Shown: positions 19,068-28,700 of the stretch, in pieces | Layout: each line of letters begins with the position of its first letter | Numbering within the stretch: the first letter of the stretch is position 1 | Assembly: GCA_048886185.1 (NCBI GenBank) | Contig: JBHLKY010000001.1 | Location: 240,001 to 272,000, forward strand | Length of the DNA: 32,000 nt | From: Candidatus Hermodarchaeota archaeon | Lineage (GTDB): Archaea; Asgardarchaeota; Heimdallarchaeia; Hodarchaeales; Hodarchaeaceae | Direction of reading: 5' to 3' | The notes under the pieces: model-generated | What the model was told of the DNA's origin: nothing | The model's database searches: none | Seen by the model: only the letters and a program-made list of their open reading frames with translations | Translations under genes and position numbers: made by a program

Positions 19068-19937
19068 TCAACTTAGAGCTTCGGGAATGTTTTCCTTTAT
19101 GTATGTCATTGCGTTCCTTACATCAATGAGGTCTAATTCAAAAACTATTGGACCTGAAAATTGAACTTCTAATAGTCTCTCAAACAAGTCTTTTACTGGA
19201 AGATCGTACGTACCAAGGGGTTGATGATCTATTCGGGGCGCAGCTCCGTCATGAAGATGAAGTTCTATAATTCGTTCTGCGTACATTTCAAAGAAATCTA
19301 ATACTCCATTCCATTCACCAGAATATCCAGCTAGAAGATGTCCTGTGTCAAAACAAATACTTAAATCCAATTCCTCTATACATTCCTCCATTACCCTGAA
19401 AGGAAATTCAACATTTTCCACTGCTAGCTTCCTCGAAGGAATATTTGTGCGATCAATAATTTCCGCTATACTTTTCTGAGCAGCCAAGGCAAATTGCGCA
19501 CTTATAAATGATTTTACATAACTAGGTAAATTTAAAAGGCTAAATTCTGAAACTAATGCACCAGTTGCATGTATTATCCAACAGATGGGCTTTAAATGCC
19601 TAGTTAATTCTATAGATTCTACAAGGCAATCAATTGAGGCTTTTTTAACATGAACATTGGGTGATGCTAGCTCAATTGCCCAAATTGGTAGATGGACTGA
19701 ACAGGAATAGTTGTTGATAATTCTGACCTCATTTAGCTGATCTATGACATCCTTTCTAAGTAAGCCAGGTAAAACATAAGCTAAATCCCCAGTAATCTCA
19801 AAATGTTGGAACCCATCTTGTAGACTTGCTTTTACGATGTCAGTATAGTTCACACTAGATATATCTAGTTTTCCTTGTTCTATCATCCCAATGAAGTCCT
19901 GAAACTCAAAGGGCCTGACACCAAATAGTAGTACCAT
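19068..19937 (-). CDS. Xylose isomerase-like / AP endonuclease 2 TIM-barrel metalloenzyme
   Basis: Motifs SVHLP, IIHA, VENV, CFDTGH, LHLHD, DHQPLG, IVFE. Confidence 0.8.
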   Translation of the reverse strand: MVLLFGVRPFEFQDFIGMIEQGKLDISSVNYTDIVKASLQDGFQHFEITGDLAYVLPGLLRKDVIDQLNEVRIINNYSCSVHLPIWAIELASPNVHVKKASIDCLVESIELTRHLKPICWIIHATGALVSEFSLLNLPSYVKSFISAQFALAAQKSIAEIIDRTNIPSRKLAVENVEFPFRVMEECIEELDLSICFDTGHLLAGYSGEWNGVLDFFEMYAERIIELHLHDGAAPRIDHQPLGTYDLPVKDLFERLLEVQFSGPIVFELDLIDVRNAMTYIKENIPEALS

Positions 19938-20091
19938 GTTGTAATCGCTCCAAAATTTTAAAGAGAGAAAATTAAGATTATATCTGTGGAATCATACGAA
20001 GAGATTAAAAGGATATTTAAGCGAGAATTGTACTAGATTTACCTCTCTTAAAGAGATAATCCTCTATGAATTTATTCTGAGTTGAGCTCTC

Positions 20092-20793
20092 ATGATCGGA
20101 TGGATTATTCCTCCTCCAAAACCTTCAAAAAAGTCAACAGAACTGTTTACAAAGGAAAGACGAAGAAAAGTTATGTCACTGAAAAGAACTGGGTTTCTCA
20201 AGTCTCAGGTAATTGAGAAAGCCATGTTGAAAATACCTCGGGAAATCTTTGTCCCTATTGATTATCGAGATTATACCTATCAAGAACTCCCGTTTCCCCT
20301 CCCAGGAAAAAGATCAACAATTTCTTGTCCTCATTCGTATCCCATGTTTTATGAGGCTATTGAGCTTACTCCTGGAGATAATATGCTAGAAGTTGGTGCT
20401 GGGTCAGGTTATGGAGCAATCCTAGCTGCGGAGATTGTGGGTTCATCCGGTCAAGTTACTTCAGTTGAAATAGATCATGAGACCTTTCTCTATGCTAAAA
20501 AGTGTATTTCCCTTTTTAAATACCCCAATTTATTCTTGGTTGAAGGAGACGGAGGAAAAGGTTATTCTAATCATGCCCCATATGATAAGATATGTATAAC
20601 CGCGGCATGTAATGAGATTCCACCACCCCTAGTTAAGCAACTTAAAGTAGGAGGGAAGTTAATTGCACCTTGTCAAACATCACAAAACATTCAAGACTTA
20701 ATATTACTTGAAAAGGATGTAAACGGAGATATTACTGTGAAATCCATCGAGAAAGTGTTATATGTTCCCCTTCAGGGTGAATATAGTCATTAA
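20092..20793 (+). CDS. pcm: Protein-L-isoaspartate O-methyltransferase
   Basis: Motifs PREIFVP, STISCPH, LEVGAGSGY, GDGGKGY...APYDKI..TAA, P.PLVKQLK.GGKLIAP, YVPL. Confidence 0.93.
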   Translation: MIGWIIPPPKPSKKSTELFTKERRRKVMSLKRTGFLKSQVIEKAMLKIPREIFVPIDYRDYTYQELPFPLPGKRSTISCPHSYPMFYEAIELTPGDNMLEVGAGSGYGAILAAEIVGSSGQVTSVEIDHETFLYAKKCISLFKYPNLFLVEGDGGKGYSNHAPYDKICITAACNEIPPPLVKQLKVGGKLIAPCQTSQNIQDLILLEKDVNGDITVKSIEKVLYVPLQGEYSH

Positions 20794-20861
20794 TCATAGT
20801 TATTTGAGAACAAAAAGTGAAAGAATATAAACTATGTAAAAAGTTTGGACACAGTTCAAAC

Positions 20862-20939
20862 TTGATCGGTAACCCTCTTAAGCCATGTACACTGACGATT
20901 GACTGGCTTGAAATTATTTTTATTGATAGTGTTCACTAA
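20862..20939 (+). pseudogene. Decayed fragment homologous to the 5' end of the downstream MaoC-type gene
   Basis: Translates as LIGNPLKPCTLTIDWLEIIFIDSVH* versus LVDTPLRPYTRTIDWPEIMFFAASVD at 21515. Hand alignment gives 60 of 72 nt identical with one codon gap. Confidence 0.7.
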
Positions 20940-20968
20940 TTTCATTAATCAGTATGTCTGTGATTCCC

Positions 20969-20982
20969 TAATAAGGTTTTGA
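20969..20982 (+). promoter_or_regulatory. 14-bp motif TAATAAGGTTTTGA upstream of small membrane protein paralog B
   Basis: Identical to 17261-17274. Confidence 0.35.
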
Positions 20983-21086
20983 GAAAATAAATTAGGAATG
21001 TACATAGGAAACCTTAAATTTCTTAACGCTATAAATGATATTATGCATTAAGAGAAAAAATGTATAAACACCAAAGGGGAAAAGAA

Positions 21087-21386
21087 ATGCTTTTGATAAA
21101 AAAGAAATTGAATGAGTTGGATATTACATGGAAAATTGCTTTTAGAAAAACAATACTTGTACTTGTATTCTATATTGGAGCAACAATTGTCAGTATAATA
21201 ATATTCATTGGATTAATTATCATTGCTACTGCTTTAAATCCAATCTTTCCACTTGGGAACCTTTTTAATGAAACTACATTACGATTAATCATCAATTCTA
21301 TTGCGCTATTTGCGTCCTTGATTGGCTTTTTTAAAGCCTTAATAGACATATTAATCCTTACTAAGGCAGATTTTCCACCTTCCTAA
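21087..21386 (+). CDS. Small two-TM membrane protein of unknown function (paralog B)
   Basis: Paralog of 17342-17641. The ATG at 21087 aligns with the paralog A start; the ORF is open from 21060. Confidence 0.8.
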   Translation: MLLIKKKLNELDITWKIAFRKTILVLVFYIGATIVSIIIFIGLIIIATALNPIFPLGNLFNETTLRLIINSIALFASLIGFFKALIDILILTKADFPPS

Positions 21387-21514
21387 TATTTAGATAAAGT
21401 AAGGTATTGAATGTAAAATTATAAAAAAGAATTTGGGTCTTACTTTAGTAGAGTAATTTTATTTAATTTCATAAGTCTGATTAGGATGAATCTAAGATAG
21501 AAATCAATACAGAT

Positions 21515-22378
21515 TTGGTCGATACACCTCTTAGGCCTTATACACGGACGATTGACTGGCCTGAAATTATGTTTTTTGCTGCCAGTGTTGATGACAATAA
21601 CCCGTATTATTTTGATGATGAAAGAGAAGCAGGCATTATTGCTCCGCCAATGTTTTGCATGATAGCAAGTTGGCCACTCGTTAAAAACATCAATGATCAT
21701 ATAGAAGTTGAGGAATTCCCGTATGAGGTATTATCAACTATTGTACATTATACAGATCATCTAAAGATTAATCGATTAATAAAACCAGGTGACAGATTAA
21801 CAATAACAGGAAAAATAGTAGCAATATTACCTCATCGTGCTGGAACCCATATTGTTATCCGATTAGATATAAGAGACAAGGAAAATCAATTGGTTTCAGA
21901 GGATTATATTGGTGGATTGTTACGGGAGGTGGAATGTAAGGGTGAAGGCCAAGGGAAAGAAAATTTACCAGAGATTATAAATTTTAAACCTCAAACTGAA
22001 GCGCTTTGGTCAAAGACAATTCATATTGACCCATTAAAACCATACATCTATGATGCTTGTACTGATTTATCTGTTGTTCCTATTCACACATCTAAGCAAT
22101 TTGCTCATCTGGTTGGTCTTCCAGATATCATACTTCATGGGACAGCTACTTTAGCTTTGGCTGTAAAAACAATTACTGATAAGGAATTAACTGGAGATCC
22201 ATTCCATATTAAGGAAATTGCATGCAAATTTACTGGTATGGTACTACCAAATACTGATGTTAATATACTTCTTAATGGAAAAAAATTAGAAGAATCTTCT
22301 GACCATTATTTCTTCGATGTTTATAATAGTGAGGGTCGTAAGGCTATAAGTCAAGGCTTTCTAAAAGTCGAGAATTAA
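21515..22378 (+). CDS. MaoC/PhaJ-like double hot-dog (R)-specific enoyl-CoA hydratase
   Basis: FAASVDDNNPYY, IAPPMF, IVH, and the hydratase-2 motif Y..CTD...PIHTS..FA...G...IILHG. C-terminal CKFTGMVLP. Confidence 0.85.
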   Translation: MVDTPLRPYTRTIDWPEIMFFAASVDDNNPYYFDDEREAGIIAPPMFCMIASWPLVKNINDHIEVEEFPYEVLSTIVHYTDHLKINRLIKPGDRLTITGKIVAILPHRAGTHIVIRLDIRDKENQLVSEDYIGGLLREVECKGEGQGKENLPEIINFKPQTEALWSKTIHIDPLKPYIYDACTDLSVVPIHTSKQFAHLVGLPDIILHGTATLALAVKTITDKELTGDPFHIKEIACKFTGMVLPNTDVNILLNGKKLEESSDHYFFDVYNSEGRKAISQGFLKVEN

Positions 22379-22793
22379 AGGAAATGGTTCTAGCTATGAA
22401 TTAGAACAAAACTTTCAAAGAGAGTAAAAATACTTTTTTTCTGAAATACTTCATTTTTATAATGGTTAAAATGATGGATTAACAGCTCCCGATCTCCTTT
22501 ATCCGCAAGTCCTCATAATACATCAGATCTCCATTTCTTAATAAGATTGATTAGAAATGAATTTTATTTGAATGCTGAATAAAAATAAAACCATAACTGG
22601 CTCAAAATACAGTTTCAACTGGATTTAGATTAATTAATAAAATTTAACAAATGCTTAGAGAACTTCTTATCGAATAGCGGAATTGTTATCTAGTTTTATT
22701 TATTAAAATCTGATTCAATTAAAATACAACCAGTATACTAGAATTCAGATATTTCTTCATTTGGGTTGAATTCTTTATTATTATTACCATAAT

Positions 22794-25700
22794 ATGAAGG
22801 ATAAGGTTAAAACATTGTATTCCATAAAAAATGGATTTAAAATTATGGTTATAGGCATTTTACTCCTAAACAGTCTCTCAATCACAATTTCTTGTAGTCA
22901 AGAAAAGAATTCTGACACTCAAAACTTCATTCTTGATATATTACGAGGTTTTGGCATAACAGGAAAAAAACAAGGGCCTTATCGTGTATTACCACACCTT
23001 ACAAGCACTTCTCAAATAAATCATCAATCAAGTATTAATATTACATCTGGACCACGTTATAGTTGGTCTGAACCAAATTGGCCCTACAAGAAAAATATAA
23101 CTATACTGGCTTCAAAGATCAGTGCTGATCTGACTAATTTTCCTCTAATGATAGATCTTTTTGATTCAGATTTAAGAGATACATCAAAAGTTCAAAACTC
23201 TGGGGAGGATATATTATTTATTAATGAAAACGGCTGGACTTGGACAGATGAACTTTTAACGAATGGTGGTTTTGAAACTGGGAATTTAAATGGGTGGATT
23301 ACATCAGGTAACTGGGAGGTGGGTACAAATCCTCCTATGGGGAATAAAGGGCCTCAATCAGGTAGTTTCTGCGCTTATACTACTGATGGTGGTAGTACTA
23401 CTGATTATATTCAACAAGATGTAGATCTTTCAAGTTACATAGATTATATCGATAGTGGTAAAGTTATTGCTAATGTTTCAGCATGGGCTGTAATGGCGGA
23501 GGATGATTTTGATGAAACAATTATCAGGTTTCAATATCTTGATGCTTCGAAAACAGTAATATCAGCTGTATTAGATACTGGCATACAGATGCCTAGCGTA
23601 TGGACTAAATTTTCCGCACTCTTGAGTCCTATCCCTGTCAATACTAGATATATTAGAGTTTGGGCAAGATGTCATGAACTTGGTTGGGACGCTGGTAGTG
23701 TTGACAGTTTTAGTGTAAAAATTGCAAATATGGGGGTAAAATTAGACCATGAAATTGAACTTTTTGAACAAACATACAACACAACACATGCTCATTTAGT
23801 TGCGTGGGTTAAAACTAATTTGTCAAGCTCTCAAAATACATTCTTGTCAATGTATTATGGTAATCCCACTGCTGGAAATCAAGAAAACCCAGTTGCTGTC
23901 TGGGATGAGAATTATGTTGGTGTGTGGCATTTAGGGGAAGAAAGTGGGAGTGCTACAGATTCTACAACTTATGGAACTAGTGGAACAATTTCTGGAGGAG
24001 TAACGCAAAATATATCTGGAAAATTAGGGAAAGGATATGATTTTGATGGGAATGACGGATCATCAGTGCTTTTTGGTGATCCAGGGGATGGGCATTTAGA
24101 TTTTGGTTTAGGCAGTTTTACCGTTAGTTATTGGATGAATATTGACCAGAGTACTAGTGACTACCAATTACCAATTTATAAAGGAGGAACAACTAATAGT
24201 GAGGCTGGGTATGAAATGGAAACAAATCCAACCGCTGAATCTATTGATTTTATGACTTCAGATGGAACCACAGCCTATTCAAGTGGTAACGCTGGTGTTA
24301 CATTTGACACCTGGGCTTATATGGTTGGAGTGGTTGATCGATCATCTAATTATATTTATCTTTATCAAGATGGGAATGATCAAGGGAGTTCTAGTATCAG
24401 TTCGCTAGGAAGTGTGGATAATTCCCATAGTATGGCCTTATCACCAAATCCTTATCCTGTTGACGGAATGATAGATGAAGTACGAATTTCTAAATCCATT
24501 CGCTCTTCTGCATGGATTGAAACTGAATATAATAACCAATACGATCCTAGCAGCTTCTATTCGATGGGAGAAGTTGAATATAAGTGGGCTTTCCCCACAT
24601 TTGCATATAGAAAAGCAATAACAATAAATGCCACCAAAATAAGTGGAAACTTTACCGATTTTCCCGTCCTTGTTAATTATTATGATAGTGATCTCCATGA
24701 TCCTACCAAAGTACAATCTGATGGTGATGACATCCTTTTTACCAATGTAGTTGGCACACAACTTGACCACGAAATTGAACTTTTTAATCAAAATGGAAAT
24801 GGAACACATGCCAATTTAGTGACTTGGGTAAAAGCAAATCTTTCGAGTGTAGAAGACACTCTCATTTTTATGTATTATGGTAATTATGCAATTGAAAGCC
24901 AAGAGAATCCAGAAGGTGTTTGGGATTCCAACTTTAAGATGGTTCACCATTTTGATGAAACAACAGGTACAACTTCTTATGATTCTACAAGTAATAATGA
25001 AGATGGAACAATTATGGGTAGTATTAGTCTCGAGGTAACGGGTAAAATAGGAAATTCATATCAATTTAACGATACATCTCTGGATCAAAAAGTAGGATTA
25101 CCACCTTTAGGAACATTAAATGCATTCACAATGGAAATTTGGGTGAATCCGAATACTGGTGAGAAAGAAGCTATTTGGGGAAGGGAATTCACAATCGGAT
25201 CAAATGCGCAAGGAGTAGGGATTACATACTCAACATACGACCCCAAACAATTTGGTGCAATCATACCTAATGGAGCTGAGGGATCAGGGAGTACGAGAAT
25301 AGATATTAATGCAAATAGTGAAACATCAGTAAATGCATGGAATCATCTTGTTGTTATATATAATGGGTCAGTTCTTAGGATGTATGTTAATGGAGTTGAA
25401 GTGGCAGATTCACCTAAAACTGGTATGAGTTCTCCTAATTATTTATTTACTCAAGAACCATATTCTCCTTATATGGGATCATATTTTGGCTATACAGGGT
25501 ACAATTGGAACGCTGAAGAAGAATATTTTGACGGTAAACTTGATGAAGCCCGACTTTCAGATATCGCAAGAAGTGCTAATTGGATATTAACTGAATACAA
25601 TAATCAATATAATCCAAGTAGTTTTTATTCAATTGGAGAGGAAGAGGAAAAAGAAGGACCCCCAGCTATTCCAGGTGAATACTATGTAAACAATGACGGA

Positions 25701-28700
25701 TCTAATGTTGATTATTCAGGTGATATGGGGAATTTAGAAGATTTTAATAATATGAAAGGTAAGGATTTGAGTTATGCAAATCTTCAAGAAACAGCTGCAG
25801 TTACAATTGAATGGAATGAATCATTTGAAACTGTTAATGGTGTTCAATCTTATACAAGCGAGAATTGGTGGACTGATTACTGGATTCAAGACACCACTGA
25901 TGACTATAATTGGAGTATTAGCGATACATACCAGACTCCCTCAGCCAATACTGGAGCTAGTGGAGCCCAGCAAGGCACATGGTTTATTTATACAGAAGCT
26001 AGTAGCAGCAGATATGGTAATTTTATTCTTTATACTGCTAATAGTATAGATTTCAGTAGTTTAAACAATGAGAAAATCGAATTTTATTGGAATATGTTTG
26101 GTGCTAATATTGATGCTCTTTATCTTGAACAGAATACTTCGGGATCTTGGTCAAGTGTTTGGAGTCAGGTAGGAGCAGGTTCACCAGATCAATCTACATG
26201 GAATTTTTCTTCTGTTGATTTAAGCGGTCTAAGTGGAATCGGTTTCCTTAGATTTCGCGGTGTTACTTCAGGTGGTTATGCAGGAGATATCTCTCTCGAT
26301 AATGTTAACATAACCTCTATAGCACTTACTACTAATTACCGTCTAGAACAGGAAATTCAATGGACAAATATACCTTACGAATTTGAAAAAGAAGAACTTT
26401 GTTTATATGTCGGAACGACTGGTACGGAGGATATAATTGTAGAGGTTTGGAATGGGAGTAATTGGGTACAGGTTTTTAGTGATTTAATCGCTAATTCATG
26501 GAATAATATTTCAATTACTAGTTATCTGAACTCTTCTACATTCACTGTACGTTTTATTGATGGTACACAAACCTCTGATAACACAACACAAGATCAATGG
26601 CAAATAGATGCCGCCTTAATTCATGTTTGGAATGAGGTAATTGATGAAACACCTCCTGTGATCAATGATTTTGGAATAGATGATTCGGGAACTGGAACAG
26701 GGAGATTTTGGGCTGATGTGATAGATACTGGATCAGGAGTAGCAAATGCAACTATAAAAGTTAATGGAACTAATTATAGTATGAGTTATAACGGTAGCTA
26801 TTGGATTTATCAGCTGCCATCGCTTTCATTTGAAGACTATTTCAGCTATCAAATTGTAAACAGTTCTGATAATAATGGGAATTTCTTAATTAATCCATCA
26901 AACGAGGAAGCTTATACATTTGATTATGATATATTAGCTCCTACAGTCGTGGATTGGGAGTACTACAACACACTCGAGCTATATGGCACCTTCAAGGCGA
27001 ATATTACTGATTCCTGGGGAGAAATCGATACTGTGCGGGTGAATGTCACTACGTACAACATGCAAGCCCTCATGGGACAATACACTACTTTTGGAAGTAC
27101 TATCTTTGCATATTTGAACGATACACTCGAGATGCCTAATGGGCTGATGGATTTTCAGATCATTGTTAATGATACGGCGGGGAACGAGTTCATCTCAACC
27201 ACACATCAGGGAGATGTCTTTTCTAACCACCCCCCCATAGTAGAGAATCTCACGCTCAGTCCCGCTATCCCCTGGAGTAATTGTTCTCTCACCCTCACCT
27301 ATGATTATTATGATGAAGATGACCACAGTGAGGCAGGAACCGAGATTCGGTGGTACAAGAAGAATGACTCTGTTTTCCTGTTAGAATCTGCTTATAATGA
27401 CACTAAGGTGATTCCTGCCTCGGCTCTGGAGGTAGGGGATCAATGGTACGTCAATGTCACCCCGAAAGATGGGGAATTATTTGGTGAGACAAACACCTCT
27501 GCCATCATTACTGTTTTAAATACTCCTCCGTCAGCTTCCAATGCTGTGGTCTTTTATTCAGGTGCCATTCCCTATACAACTTCGACCCTCAATATTGATT
27601 ACACTTATGACGACCATGAGGGGGATGGGGAGGATAGTACGAACCGTCAAGTGGAATGGTATCGAAATGGCGCGCATTATCCTGCGCTTGATAACAGCAC
27701 GAGTGTCTTGCCAGGGAACACTACCAAGGGGGAGACCTGGGCTTATCGGCTCCGTGTCCATGATGGTACCGGTTATTCCAGCTGGGTGACTTCTGATACT
27801 ATCCTGATTCGCAACAGTCTACCGCAAGCAGTCAATCTTGCATTACCCTCTAATCCGACCACGCTGGATGATCTTGTGGCTGATTGGGACATGATTGATG
27901 CTGATGGGGATTCGGAAGATCTCGGGGCGGTACTCATCTATTGGTATAAAGATGGGGAAAATCAATCTACTTGGGTTAATTCAGTGACCATTGGGGCGGG
28001 GAACACCTCTAAGGGGGAGACCTGGCGGTTTGAGATTCGGGTGTATGATGGGGAAAATTATTCGGTTGTGACCCCCCTCAATCCGCCTGTGGTGATCCTT
28101 AATTCTGTGCCCACCGTGAGTACTGTCGAACTTGCTCCGACGATTCCCGTCACCACCGATGGTCTGACTGCGACTTGGGAGGATGCTGATGTTGATAATG
28201 ACGCTCTTACATATACCATACGGTGGTATATTATGGGCGTGGGCTTACAAGCCGCTTACAACGATCTATCAACTGTCCCTGCTAGTGCGACTGTCAAAGG
28301 GCAGATTTGGTACTACAACCTTACAGCTTTTGATGGAGAGGATTATTCCCTGGAAGTAAGCTCACCTCAGGTCACGGTTCAGAATACCCCTCCTGAGGTA
28401 AGTAATTTAGCTCTTACTGCTGCTCCCAAGACGATGACTAATCTTGTGGCGAGTTGGAGTGCTGCTGATAATGACACTGGGGATTCCTTAACCTTTAATG
28501 TTACCTGGTACCTTGAGGGAGTAGTGAACTGCAGTTGGCTCACCTCCGCCACTAGTGCGACACTGACTGCAGGGAACACCACCAAAGGTGACCGCTGGTC
28601 GTTTACAGTTCAGGCATATGATGGGGAGGCGTATTCCAGTGTTATCTCCCTCGGGTATAATCGGACTATTCTCAACACTGCCCCAGTAGTGGCAAACCTT

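Noticed and set aside
2430-21700. Short overlapping ORFs such as 2430-2612, 4199-4396, 5167-5523, 7347-7556, 8382-8585, 11485-11715, 12695-13146, 15566-15778, 17389-17604, 17888-18147, 18597-18830 and 21440-21700
   Set aside because: They overlap well-supported genes on the other strand or frame and have no recognisable motifs.
22479-22523. Minus-strand mini-ORF MYYEDLRIKEIGSC resembling sigma-factor region 4 text
   Set aside because: It is only 14 codons, flanked by stops, with no further homology. Likely coincidence.
6133-22793. tRNA, rRNA or structured ncRNA in the larger intergenic gaps (6133-6583, 9220-9539, 14619-14837, 22379-22793)
   Set aside because: These gaps are very AT-rich, and no cloverleaf, T-loop or GC-rich stems were seen by eye.
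27230-27236. C7 homopolymer at the start of the repeat array as a phase-variation switch
   Set aside because: The tract is short and explained by His-Pro-Pro codons of the NxPP motif. There is no evidence of slippage without reads.
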